This document shows positions 39,296 through 48,628 of a DNA stretch of 64,000 nucleotides, one piece after another. Each line of letters opens with the position of its first letter. Positions within the stretch are counted from its first letter, which is position 1. A program made the position numbers and the translations under genes. The notes below the pieces were generated by a model that was not told the origin of the DNA, searched no databases, and worked only from the letters and a program-made list of their open reading frames with translations. This DNA comes from an uncultured delta proteobacterium (GTDB taxonomy: Bacteria > Desulfobacterota > Binatia > Binatales > Binataceae), in the NCBI GenBank assembly GCA_963794325.1, contig CAWCDG010000002.1, forward strand, positions 224,001 through 288,000. Reading direction: 5' to 3'.

Positions 39296-40548
39296 GCATT
39301 TACAAAACCGAATCGGCGAATCGCGATGAGACACAGATCGATCTGATTTATTTCGACGCGGGCGGAGGACATCGCGCGTCGGCGACAGCTCTGATGGCCG
39401 TGGCTCGCCAACAGCATCGTGCGTGGCAGATCAATCTGGTCAACCTGCGCGAACTGCTGGAGCCGGCCGACATGATTCAACGCCTCACCGGCGTTCGCAT
39501 CGAGGATTTTTACAACTCGCAGCTCAAGCACGGTCTCACGATCGGAACTGGTCCGCTGCTGCGCCTAACGCAGATGCTGATTCGGCAACTCGAGCCGGCG
39601 ATTGTCAAACTGCTGGCGCGCCATTGGCAGCGCTCGCGGGCCGGCTTGGTCGTTTCGATGATTCCCAACTTCAATCACGCGATTTTGCAGGGGCTGCGAC
39701 AGGCCGACACGATGCGCCAGCGATCCGATACTCCGATGGTCACGATTCTTACCGACCTCGCCGACTGTCCGCCGCACTTCTGGATCGAACGGCAAAAGCA
39801 GTACCTGGTGTGCGGCACTGAAGCCGCGGCGGAGCAGGCGATCGCGATGGGGCATGCTCCCGAACGCGTATTTCTATCGTCGGGCATGATCGTGCGTCCA
39901 GAGTTCTATCGGCCGGTCGAGATGAACCGCGAGGCCGAGCGAATCCGCCTGGGTCTCGACCCCGGATTGCCGACCGGCATCGTGATGTTCGGCAGCTATG
40001 GCTCCAGCCAGATGGCAGCTATCGCCAGAAGAATCGAAACTGCCAAGTCAAGAAGCCAGCTTATCTTCGTATGCGGTCATAATGACAAGCTGCGCGAGCG
40101 CATCGAAAGTATGGAGCTGTCCTATCCGTTTCATTGCGTCGGCTTCACGCAGGAAATTCCCTACTACATGAAGCTCGCAGATTTTTTCATCGGCAAACCG
40201 GGTCCCGGCAGTATCAGCGAGGCCCTGGTTAGCGGGCTTCCGCTGGTCGTGGAACGCAACGCCTGGACGATGGTGCAGGAGCGTTTCAATACCGATTGGA
40301 TCGCGCAGAACGGATTCGGAGTTGTGCTGCCGTCCTTTCGCGAGATAGGCAGCGCGATTTCGACGATGCTCGATCGCGAACGGTACTCACACCTGCGCGC
40401 CAACGTGGAGGCATACCAGAACCGCGCGGTGTTCGAGATTCCGGAAATTCTGGAGAGCCTGATTTCTCAGCATCGAACCGCCAATTGGAGTTTCGGGCGA
40501 ACTGCCAGCGCAAGGCAATTCTCGTCGGAAATTCACTTCGGCATTTGA
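39292..40548 (+). CDS. monogalactosyldiacylglycerol synthase-like glycosyltransferase (GT28)
   Basis: DAGGGHRA, TILTDL, VCGHN..L, GFTQ...YM..AD.FIGKPGPGSISEA, QERFN; GTGA overlap with the upstream gene. Confidence 0.85.
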   Translation: MSIYKTESANRDETQIDLIYFDAGGGHRASATALMAVARQQHRAWQINLVNLRELLEPADMIQRLTGVRIEDFYNSQLKHGLTIGTGPLLRLTQMLIRQLEPAIVKLLARHWQRSRAGLVVSMIPNFNHAILQGLRQADTMRQRSDTPMVTILTDLADCPPHFWIERQKQYLVCGTEAAAEQAIAMGHAPERVFLSSGMIVRPEFYRPVEMNREAERIRLGLDPGLPTGIVMFGSYGSSQMAAIARRIETAKSRSQLIFVCGHNDKLRERIESMELSYPFHCVGFTQEIPYYMKLADFFIGKPGPGSISEALVSGLPLVVERNAWTMVQERFNTDWIAQNGFGVVLPSFREIGSAISTMLDRERYSHLRANVEAYQNRAVFEIPEILESLISQHRTANWSFGRTASARQFSSEIHFGI

Positions 40549-40557
40549 CGCTCGATT

Positions 40558-41313
40558 TTGAAAGCAACTCTTCTCGCCGCACTCTCGATTGTCGCGTTCG
40601 CCGCATTAAGTGTTAGCAACGTCAGCGGCTCCGATATCGGCGGCGTGCAGTTCAAAATTTTGAGTCCGGACGGCAAACAGACGCTCGGCTCGACGCGCTT
40701 CAGTGTCGTACAGAACAATTCAACCGAAGAAATCAAAGGCGAAACCACGTACTTCGACGGCGAGCGCGATAACGAAGACGAAATCCTGTACGCGGTTTCG
40801 CAAACCGACCGACTACGCCTCGAGACGTACACGCACTCCTTCTTCAACGCCGACGGCACGCTACGGATGCTTGACACGCTGGACGCTAAGTCTGGCACCG
40901 CATCTTGCGCGACCTTCACCTCCGGGAACATGAAACTGCGCAAGTCGCAGCTTGAGATACCGGCAGATTCTTTCGCTGGAGCGTCCGGGCTGATGATGAT
41001 GGTTGAGAGTCTCAGACACGGGAGTCGCGAAATAAGGTTTCACGCATTCGCGTGTGCGCCCGGACCCGGGCTCTTCAGCGTCAAAGCGTCGATTCCGGAT
41101 CGATCGGATCATTGGTCCCTGTATCCGGGCGATCTCGTCCGGCTCGACATGCGGCCCGACCTCGGCGCCTTGAATCTGTTGATCGCTCCGTTCCTCCCGA
41201 CGATGGATGCGTGGTTCAATCCCGCCGACAATTGGAACTACATCGGCGGCGAGTTCGACCGCTATTTCCGCGGACCCCATGTGCTGACCGTGCGAGTCCG
41301 GCCAGCTGATTGA
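40558..41313 (+). CDS. hypothetical exported protein
   Basis: 251-aa ORF with an N-terminal signal peptide, in operon context. Confidence 0.65.
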   Translation: MKATLLAALSIVAFAALSVSNVSGSDIGGVQFKILSPDGKQTLGSTRFSVVQNNSTEEIKGETTYFDGERDNEDEILYAVSQTDRLRLETYTHSFFNADGTLRMLDTLDAKSGTASCATFTSGNMKLRKSQLEIPADSFAGASGLMMMVESLRHGSREIRFHAFACAPGPGLFSVKASIPDRSDHWSLYPGDLVRLDMRPDLGALNLLIAPFLPTMDAWFNPADNWNYIGGEFDRYFRGPHVLTVRVRPAD

Positions 41314-41472
41314 GGCTTTAAGATCGCAAATCCGGGATCGATTCGTAACGCCAGGATGCGGCCGTCTGCGCTCCGTTGATATTTTCAGCTTGCGCGCCTT
41401 TGCGAAAATGTCGAGAATTGAGCCGCAAATTGTTGCATCAATATTTGCGGCGAGAATTTCGCGGAGGTTTCC

Positions 41473-41805
41473 GTGGAGATCGGCGAGCGGCACGATGGCG
41501 ACATTCTGATCCTGAGTCCCGCCGGCCGAATCGACAACGACACCAGCCAGGCTTTTCAAGCCACTCTGCTCTCCGCTCTGACTCCGGGTGCAGCGGTGCT
41601 GGTCGATTTTTCCGCGATCGAATACGTTTCGAGCGCCGGCTTGCGTGCGCTGATGATGGGATCGAAACAAGCGAAGGCGTCGAACGGGCGGCTCGCAGTC
41701 GCCGCGCTGGGGCCGGTGGTCAAGGAAATTTTCGAGATCAGCCGCTTCTCGCTGGTCGTGCAAGTTTTCCAAACAACAGCCGAAGCACTTGCGGCTTTGC
41801 GCTAA
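41473..41805 (+). CDS. STAS domain anti-sigma factor antagonist
   Basis: GRID, VDFSAIEYVSSAGLRAL, VKEIFEISRF; GGAGG RBS. Confidence 0.92.
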   Translation: MEIGERHDGDILILSPAGRIDNDTSQAFQATLLSALTPGAAVLVDFSAIEYVSSAGLRALMMGSKQAKASNGRLAVAALGPVVKEIFEISRFSLVVQVFQTTAEALAALR

Positions 41806-41836
41806 CTCGCGGACAACTGCACATGGGTGAGCGTCG

Positions 41837-42796
41837 ATGTTGATCCGTTTCTGGGGAAGTCGCGGCTCGATTCCAGCGCCACTCGGATACCGTGCCGTTC
41901 AAACCAAGATCCGCGAAGCGCTCCTCGCCGCGCGCGGCCATCAACTGGACAGTCCCGAAGCGATAGAAAGGTTCATCGCGACCGAACTCCCGTTCTCGAC
42001 CAGCGGCACCTATGGCGGCAATTCGAGCTGCGTCGAGATCGAAGCGGGTGGCGACGAGTATGTGCTGTGCGACGTCGGCTCAGGGGTGCGCGAGTTCGGA
42101 AACGCGTTGATCGCGAAGCATGGTCCTGCGAAGAAATCCCGCTTCAACGTATTCCTGTCGCATACCCATTGGGACCACATCATGGGGTTCCCATTTTTCA
42201 CCCCGTCATACATTCCCGGCAACGTGATCCGCATTCACGGGTGCCACAAAGCGATGCGCGACGTTTTCATCCGGCAGCAATCAAATCCCTGCTTTCCAAT
42301 CGACTTCCGATCACTCGGCGCGACCATCGAATTCGTCGAGCTGGAACCGGGGCGCACCTACCAGATCGACGGCCTGTCGGTCACGCCGATCCGGCAGAAC
42401 CATCCGAGCGATTCCTATGGCTTTCGATTCACAAAAGATGGCAAGTCGATGGTTTACTCGACCGACTCCGAGCACAAGTTCGACGTTCTCACCGAGAACT
42501 ATCCGTTCGTCGAGTTTTTCCGCAACGCCGACTTGCTGATCTTCGACGCGCAGTATTCGCTCGCAGATCAGATTTCGGTCAAAGAGGATTGGGGGCATTC
42601 GAGCAACATGATCGCGGTCGAACTCGCGCAACTGGCGGGCGTGAAGCATCTGGTGATGTACCATCACGAGCCTGTGTTCGACGACAAAATGATCGAGAAG
42701 GTGCTCGGCGAGACGCGCCGCTACGTGGAAATCAATGAGTACCCGCAGAAGCTGATCGTCAGCTCTGCATATGACGGACTCGAGATTGTCATCTGA
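41837..42796 (+). CDS. MBL-fold metallo-hydrolase (phosphodiesterase-like)
   Basis: FWGSRGSIP, YGGNSSCV, SHTHWDHIMG, DAQY, WGHS, HHEP. Confidence 0.9.
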   Translation: MLIRFWGSRGSIPAPLGYRAVQTKIREALLAARGHQLDSPEAIERFIATELPFSTSGTYGGNSSCVEIEAGGDEYVLCDVGSGVREFGNALIAKHGPAKKSRFNVFLSHTHWDHIMGFPFFTPSYIPGNVIRIHGCHKAMRDVFIRQQSNPCFPIDFRSLGATIEFVELEPGRTYQIDGLSVTPIRQNHPSDSYGFRFTKDGKSMVYSTDSEHKFDVLTENYPFVEFFRNADLLIFDAQYSLADQISVKEDWGHSSNMIAVELAQLAGVKHLVMYHHEPVFDDKMIEKVLGETRRYVEINEYPQKLIVSSAYDGLEIVI

Positions 42797-44942
42797 GGAC
42801 AAGTCCGAGACACGGTCAGAACGGCCGCTGAACTGGTCGCGCAGATTGTTCGCGGCGCCCGGACGCGCCCCAGCGCTGGCGGTCCTGGCGATGCTCATGA
42901 TTGTGCGCGCGCTCGATCCGGCCGTCGTGCAAAGCCTCCGGCTGCGCGGCTTTGATTTTCTCGAACAGCTTGCGCCACGCAAATATCAGCCGCTTCCGGT
43001 CGGCATCGTCGCGATCGACGACAAGAGTCTCACTCGATATGGACAATGGCCGTGGTCGCGCGCCCGCCTCGCACAACTGGTCGACAAGATCGCGGCGGGC
43101 AAACCAAGCGTGCTCGGCGTCGACATTATCTTCGCCGAGCCCGACCGTCTTTCACCAGGCCGGTTAGTCGAATCCGATCCGGAAATTCCGGCACCGCTGG
43201 CCAACGAGCTCTCCCGTCTGCCGACGCATGAATCCGTGCTCGCCGATGCGCTCCGCAAGGTGCCGACGGTGTTGGCAGTTGGAGTCAGTGACGAGCCGCG
43301 CGCTCACGAAGCACCCTCGCGGGTTACGATGGTGCTCGAAGCGGGCGGCAATCCGCGCCCGTTCCTTTTCACTCATCCGGAATTACTGCGCAACATGCCG
43401 GAGATCGCGTCGGCGGAGCAAGGGCAGGGTAGTGTCGACATGGAACCGGATCGCGATGGCGTCACTCGCCGCGTACCGTTGTTCATCTCGGCGGAAGGCC
43501 GGCTGGTGCCAAACCTTGCGCTCGAGATGCTGCGGGTAGGCTCGGGCGCGGGCGCTGTGGGAATCGTGAGTGGAAGTGAAGGTGTGCGAGGCGGCAGGCT
43601 CGGCGCACTCTTCCTTCCGACCGATAGCCGCGGACGCATCTACCCGTATTTCACACTGTCGTACCGCGCCCGCTACATCTCGGCTGCTGACGTGCTCGAC
43701 GGGACCTACGACACGAATCGGCTGCAAGGTGCCGCGGTGTTGTTGGGGTCCAGCGCACTCGGATTGACGGACGAGGATCAGACGCCCCTCGGCCTGATGC
43801 CCGGAGTCGAGGTGTGGGCGCAATCGCTGGAATCGATGCTGACCGGGAATCTGCTCCGCCGTCCGGCGTTTCTGAACAAGGTCGAGATCGCAATCGTGCT
43901 AGTCGCCGGACTGGTCATCATCTTCGCGTTGCCTTACGAGAGCCCGCGAACCGCCGCCGCTGTATTTCTTTGCATCGTCGCAATCCTCTTCGCTTCGGCG
44001 CTGGCGAGTTTCAAATTCTCAAAGTTGCTGCTCGACGGCATCTATCCCGCATTGTCGTCGACGCTCGTCTTCGGCGTCATGTTGTCGGAGAACTTGCGCG
44101 TGGCGGAGGCGGGGCGCCGGCGGCTCGCGTCGGAGCTTCAGCACGAGCGTGAAATGGAAGCGCGCCTCGACGGCGAGCTGAACGCTGCGCGATCAATCCA
44201 GCTTGGCCTGCTCCCGCGGCATTTCCCGGGTCCGCCCGAGCACCGCGACGTCGAGGTCTTCGCCTCCATCGAGCCGGCGCGAATGGTTGGCGGCGACCTT
44301 TACGATTTCGTGTTGCTCGATTCCGAACATCTTTCGTTCGCGATTGCCGACGTCTCGGGCAAGGGTGTCCCGGCCGCATTGTTCATGGCGATGACTAAAG
44401 AGGTGTTGCACACCGCGACACTGCGTTATCGGAACGCGCTCGATCGCGTGTTCATCGAGGCGAACGCCAAGATTTCAGCCGCGAGCGAGGAACTGGGCGC
44501 AGGCGGCGCCAATATGATGTTCGTGACCGTCTTCGCCGGAATCCTCGACCTCTCGACGGGCATGCTCGTTTACGTAAATGCCGGCCACGATTCACCGTTC
44601 GTGATGCGCGCAGGAAGTGAGCCTGAGAATTTCCCGCTCGCGGGCGGGCCGCCACTTGGTACGGTTGACGACTTTCAGTATTCGATTGAACAGCGTCAGC
44701 TCGCACCTGGAGAGATGATACTCGCCTACACGGATGGGGTGACTGAGGCCCAGGATACGAGCCATGCGCTGTATTCCGGCGCGCGCCTCGAGCATTTGCT
44801 CGTGTCGGCCCCGATGACGACTGCGAAGGCGGTAATCGATTTCGTGCGCGACGATATTCGCCGCTTCGCCGCCGGCGCCGAGCAGGCCGACGACATTACG
44901 ATGCTGGCAGTGCGATGGCTTGGGCCAGATTCCGCCGGCTGA
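42771..44942 (+). CDS. CHASE2 sensor + SpoIIE/PP2C phosphatase
   Basis: IVAIDDKSL..YGQWPWSR, DIIFAEPDR, D.DGVTRR, PGVEV.A; 3 TM helices; ARMVGGDLYDF, ADVSGKGVPAALFM, NAGH, YTDGVTEA, DDITM. Confidence 0.93.
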   Translation: MTDSRLSSEDKSETRSERPLNWSRRLFAAPGRAPALAVLAMLMIVRALDPAVVQSLRLRGFDFLEQLAPRKYQPLPVGIVAIDDKSLTRYGQWPWSRARLAQLVDKIAAGKPSVLGVDIIFAEPDRLSPGRLVESDPEIPAPLANELSRLPTHESVLADALRKVPTVLAVGVSDEPRAHEAPSRVTMVLEAGGNPRPFLFTHPELLRNMPEIASAEQGQGSVDMEPDRDGVTRRVPLFISAEGRLVPNLALEMLRVGSGAGAVGIVSGSEGVRGGRLGALFLPTDSRGRIYPYFTLSYRARYISAADVLDGTYDTNRLQGAAVLLGSSALGLTDEDQTPLGLMPGVEVWAQSLESMLTGNLLRRPAFLNKVEIAIVLVAGLVIIFALPYESPRTAAAVFLCIVAILFASALASFKFSKLLLDGIYPALSSTLVFGVMLSENLRVAEAGRRRLASELQHEREMEARLDGELNAARSIQLGLLPRHFPGPPEHRDVEVFASIEPARMVGGDLYDFVLLDSEHLSFAIADVSGKGVPAALFMAMTKEVLHTATLRYRNALDRVFIEANAKISAASEELGAGGANMMFVTVFAGILDLSTGMLVYVNAGHDSPFVMRAGSEPENFPLAGGPPLGTVDDFQYSIEQRQLAPGEMILAYTDGVTEAQDTSHALYSGARLEHLLVSAPMTTAKAVIDFVRDDIRRFAAGAEQADDITMLAVRWLGPDSAG

Positions 44943-45533
44943 TCAGCGCACGGTGATCTCGACGCGCCGATTTCGCGGTTCCGCAACCTGATCGGCCGTC
45001 GGCACCGCAAGGTCCAACTGCCCGCGGCCGGCAACCGAGATCGATTTCGGATTCAGTCCGTCGCGCACCAACCGATCGCGAATCATGTCCGCACGGCTCA
45101 TCGAGAGTTGCTGATTGTGCGGCGGGTTGCCGAGCGTGTCGGTATGCCCGATCACCTCGACCTCGTACACCGGCCGGCGCTTGATATCCGCGAACACGGC
45201 CTGGTACTGACGCTGCGAGTCGGGCGTGAGAGTGTTGCTGTCCTTTTCAAAATAGAGCACGAAGTGGCTGGGCAGGATTGGCTGCGCGGCGAGCGCGTTG
45301 CCGAAGATCTGCTGCACCTGCGCCTGATCGACCTTCACCGGCGCAGCGACGCCGCCGCGCACCTCTCCAGCCGCGTAGGGCTGATCCAGCACCACCGATT
45401 TCTGTCCGTCCTCGATCGTGACTGCACCCGAGCTGCCGTCCGGATTAGGCAGGACAACGAATAGCGACTGGCGGCTGGAACACGACGCCAGCACAAGGAG
45501 AGCCATTAGCGGTACGATGCGGCGCATGATCAA
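44943..45533 (-). CDS. OmpA-like peptidoglycan-binding lipoprotein
   Basis: Lipobox LAS-C; GHTDTLG...NQQLS..RA, NRRVEI. Confidence 0.9.
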   Translation of the reverse strand: MIMRRIVPLMALLVLASCSSRQSLFVVLPNPDGSSGAVTIEDGQKSVVLDQPYAAGEVRGGVAAPVKVDQAQVQQIFGNALAAQPILPSHFVLYFEKDSNTLTPDSQRQYQAVFADIKRRPVYEVEVIGHTDTLGNPPHNQQLSMSRADMIRDRLVRDGLNPKSISVAGRGQLDLAVPTADQVAEPRNRRVEITVR

Positions 45534-46006
45534 TGGTTGTCTTTGACTTCGATTACAAAGCGGGTGCCGCGCACGCCGAGAATCGCGGTTGGCGTCTTGA
45601 CCTTCATTGCACCGGGCGTGCTGCGGGCGATATCGCCGGAAATCATCGAGATGGTGCCGCGGTTCATATCGGTGAGCATCGAGCCTTTGAAATTGCTCGA
45701 GTTGAATTTGTAATCCTCGAGAACGATTTGGCTGTTGGGCCCGCCCGACATCACGGTATTGTCGATAAACGTGATTCCGATCGCGCCGTCGGCACCGGTC
45801 TCAATCGTGTCCCTCTCGTAGAGTGGATCACCGACCCGCGCCGCGCTGCGTGCGCCGTTGCGGACAATCTCGGCCTGGCCGGAAACGGTTTTGATCTGCG
45901 CCACCTGAGAATTGTCCGCTTTCGCGGCGGAGGCGGAGAGCGCAAGGATTGTCACGATGAAGACGAGACTGATGGCGAGGCGCAAAGCGCGAGTCATGGA
46001 ATTCAT
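45530..46006 (-). CDS. FecR domain exported protein
   Basis: D.IETGADG...I.F.DNT....GPNS, TPTAILGVRGTRF. Confidence 0.88.
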   Translation of the reverse strand: MNSMTRALRLAISLVFIVTILALSASAAKADNSQVAQIKTVSGQAEIVRNGARSAARVGDPLYERDTIETGADGAIGITFIDNTVMSGGPNSQIVLEDYKFNSSNFKGSMLTDMNRGTISMISGDIARSTPGAMKVKTPTAILGVRGTRFVIEVKDNH

Positions 46007-46138
46007 TTGGTCTCCATCACGAGATCCTGGCGCGATCCGGCGTGCAGATTATCGCCGCGAGGCTTCAGAAGCGAGCCGTGGCAACCGCCAGCCGAGGCCG
46101 ATAATCTGGTTTACGAGGACTAGCAGGCCTACCAACAG

Positions 46139-46564
46139 ATGCAATCCCGACTGATCGTACAAGCCGATTCCGCCGCGATGCGCCAGGTGGATGCTTTTGT
46201 TGCCGCTTTCGTCACGGAACAAGGAATCGCTGCCGATGAGGCGGCTCGCATTCTGATTTTGCTCGAAGAGCTGATCACCAACCTGATGAAATATGGATAT
46301 CCGGATCGAGCGGAGTCGGGGCGGGCCGAGATAGTGCTCGCTCTCGATGGCAGCCGGTTGGAGATCGAGTTTATCGACGACGGTTGCGAATTCGATCCCT
46401 TCGCAGGGCCGCCGCCGAACCTCGACGTGGCGCTCGAAGAAAAGCCAGTCGGCGGACTGGGTCTCCACATCCTGCGCTCGCTGACCGACGAGGCGCGTTA
46501 CGAGCGCCGCAACGACACCAACGTGATTCGCCTGTCACGAATTGTTGCTAGCAGGATCTCCTAA
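46139..46564 (+). CDS. RsbW-like anti-sigma factor / Ser kinase (HATPase_c)
   Basis: LEELITNLMKYG, DDGCEFDP, GGLGLHIL. Confidence 0.9.
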   Translation: MQSRLIVQADSAAMRQVDAFVAAFVTEQGIAADEAARILILLEELITNLMKYGYPDRAESGRAEIVLALDGSRLEIEFIDDGCEFDPFAGPPPNLDVALEEKPVGGLGLHILRSLTDEARYERRNDTNVIRLSRIVASRIS

Positions 46565-46623
46565 CGCCAGGACTGGCTCGAGCTGCCGCTCGCCTGCTTG
46601 GTTTTGATGCTAGAATGTATTCC

Positions 46624-46791
46624 ATGAGAAAAACCGCTCCTCTTCGTCGTCCTGATTTCCTGGCCCGCCTGCACGCAATCTACGGCCTCAGGACGCTCAA
46701 GGTGAGCGGTGCGGAACTGCTGAAGCAGGAGCGCGACCGGTATCGAGGGTATACACCGACACCAGGTTCCGAGCGCCGCAAGGATCGTTAA
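46624..46791 (+). pseudogene. toxin-antitoxin remnant (antitoxin C-terminus + few codons of PIN toxin)
   Basis: MRKTAPLRRPDFLARLHAIYGLRTLKVSGAELLKQERDRY...; an overlapping frame reads RVYTDTRF, like VapC xxYxDTSF. Confidence 0.5.
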
Positions 46792-46963
46792 GTGTGTCAG
46801 GGGTTAATCGGCAGAGTCCTTTTACTGCCGGGCGCATTCGAGGAAAAAGAGTGTTCCGGAGTCGCCACAGGAGTGGCTTATTAGCGCGAAATCAAGAACG
46901 GTAACGAAATCCGGAAAAGGCCGGTGGTTCGAGCATCGCCACGAAACCCTGCTGCCGTTCCCG

Positions 46964-47269
46964 ATGTTCCTGAGGCGCGTCGCGCGATGGACTGCGCTGG
47001 CAATCGCCGTCATCTTGGTTTCGCTCGCAGTCGGCGTATGCGGCTACCACTATCTCGACGGACTTCCGTGGATCGATTCGCTGCTCAACGCATCGATGAT
47101 TCTCGGCGGAATGGGTCCAGTTGATCCGCTCAAGACTAACGCCGGAAAAATCTTCGCGTCAGCGTATGCGCTCTACAGCGGCCTGGCGTTGATCGCGGTG
47201 GTCGGACTGATGCTGACGCCGATCATCCATCGGGTGATGCACCAGTTTCACATGCAGTACAAGGAATAG
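46964..47269 (+). CDS. small two-TM membrane protein (ion-channel pore-like)
   Basis: GYHYLDGLPWIDSLLNASMILGGMGPV...GKIFAS.YALYSG. The frame stays open upstream (FEHRHETLLP), so the true start may be the ATT at 46880 behind AGGAG. Confidence 0.75.
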   Translation: MFLRRVARWTALAIAVILVSLAVGVCGYHYLDGLPWIDSLLNASMILGGMGPVDPLKTNAGKIFASAYALYSGLALIAVVGLMLTPIIHRVMHQFHMQYKE

Positions 47270-47296
47270 ACGGCGGCCGCTTTTGGGCCGCCGTCT
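47268..47296. terminator. hairpin between convergent genes
   Basis: agacggcggcc-gcttttg-ggccgccgtct. Confidence 0.6.
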
Positions 47297-47314
47297 CTCA
47301 TCGTCGATCGAATA

Positions 47315-47665
47315 TCAATACGGTGCGCTTTTCGGCGACGCCATCGCTTTATCGGCGGCGCTGAGCGGAAAGTCCTCTCCCTTCTTCAGCTTGGCCATCA
47401 GGTCTTTGATCTCATCAATTTTTTTGTCGTAGGTGGCCTGCGTCAGCGGCTCCTGCGACCATCCTGCACGCGCGATCTTGTCGTGCTTCTTCGCTTCCGC
47501 GAGCTTTTTCATCAGCGCGTCCTTGTCGGCCGCCGACAGGCTCGACGCCATCGCCTCGGTCGCCATCGCCCCCGGCGCCTGCGCAAACGACACCCCATTG
47601 TGAAGCGGTGCACCAATTCCGGCTATTGCGATCAAAGCTACGATCGCGGTCTTCCGCATGCCCAT
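47315..47665 (-). CDS. small exported helical protein
   Basis: GGAG RBS; MGMRKTAIVALIAIAG signal peptide. Confidence 0.65.
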   Translation of the reverse strand: MGMRKTAIVALIAIAGIGAPLHNGVSFAQAPGAMATEAMASSLSAADKDALMKKLAEAKKHDKIARAGWSQEPLTQATYDKKIDEIKDLMAKLKKGEDFPLSAADKAMASPKSAPY

Positions 47666-47839
47666 GATTTCTCCTTCCTCCCGTTGGTAGCGTCCGAAAA
47701 GTGGCCGCACCAGTGCGTCTGTCTGCCAAACCAACGTTACCGAGGGATTAACGGCTGGTTGACGAAGAGTGAATTAGTACGCTGTTAGGCAACGCGCAGC
47801 TATTGTGATACGTATCTAATTAGATTCAGGTCGAAATAG

Positions 47840-48442
47840 TTGGAGCCGCAGACAATGGAATCGCAACCGCCCGAAATCATGCTCAAGTTCAGCAAGGCGA
47901 TGGCTGACGAGAGCCGTCTCAAGATAATCGGCCTCCTCTCGACTGCCGAGCACAGCGTCCAGCAGCTCGCGGCGATGCTCGGGCTAAAGGAGCCGACCGT
48001 CTCACATCATCTTGGAGTATTGAAGCAACTCGACCTGGTAAAACTGCGCGCCGATGGAAACTTTCGTTGGTATCGCTTGAATGAAGAGGAGCTCGGACGG
48101 ATCAGCCGCGCCGTTTTCAGCCGCGACAGCATCGCAAAATTGGCCATATCAGCCGGGGCGCGCGATTCAGATCGAAAAGTTCTGGACAACTTTGTCGACG
48201 GCGAGCGCCTCCTCGAAATTCCGGTCAGCTACAAGAAGCGATTAGTAATCCTGAAGTGGCTGGCTTGTTCCTTCGAGCCGGACATTAGCTATACCGAGGC
48301 GCAGGTGAACGGCATTCTCAAGCTGCATCATCATGATTGCGCCACTTTGCGCCGTGAAATGATTGGATGCGCGATACTGGCACGGGACAAGGGTATATAC
48401 CGCCGCCGCCCGGAATCGGAATGGCGAACCGCTATCAAATAG
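47840..48442 (+). CDS. ArsR family regulator with DUF2087 domain
   Basis: KAMADESRLKII, EPTVSHHL; IP...KKR..IL, YTEAQVN, D.ATLRR. Confidence 0.9.
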   Translation: MEPQTMESQPPEIMLKFSKAMADESRLKIIGLLSTAEHSVQQLAAMLGLKEPTVSHHLGVLKQLDLVKLRADGNFRWYRLNEEELGRISRAVFSRDSIAKLAISAGARDSDRKVLDNFVDGERLLEIPVSYKKRLVILKWLACSFEPDISYTEAQVNGILKLHHHDCATLRREMIGCAILARDKGIYRRRPESEWRTAIK

Positions 48443-48628
48443 CAGTTTTCGACTTGCGTAGGCCGGTGCCCTGCGAAACACAATAGGTAAAATTGTACCA
48501 AAGCGTAATTAGACGCATTGACATCCGCATCCGGTAGTTCTAATACCGAACCATCGGTGTGTAATTTTCACACGAGTGGCTGTTGGGGAACAAGCCAAAA
48601 AACGTTTCAACGTCTTACGGAGGTTCGA

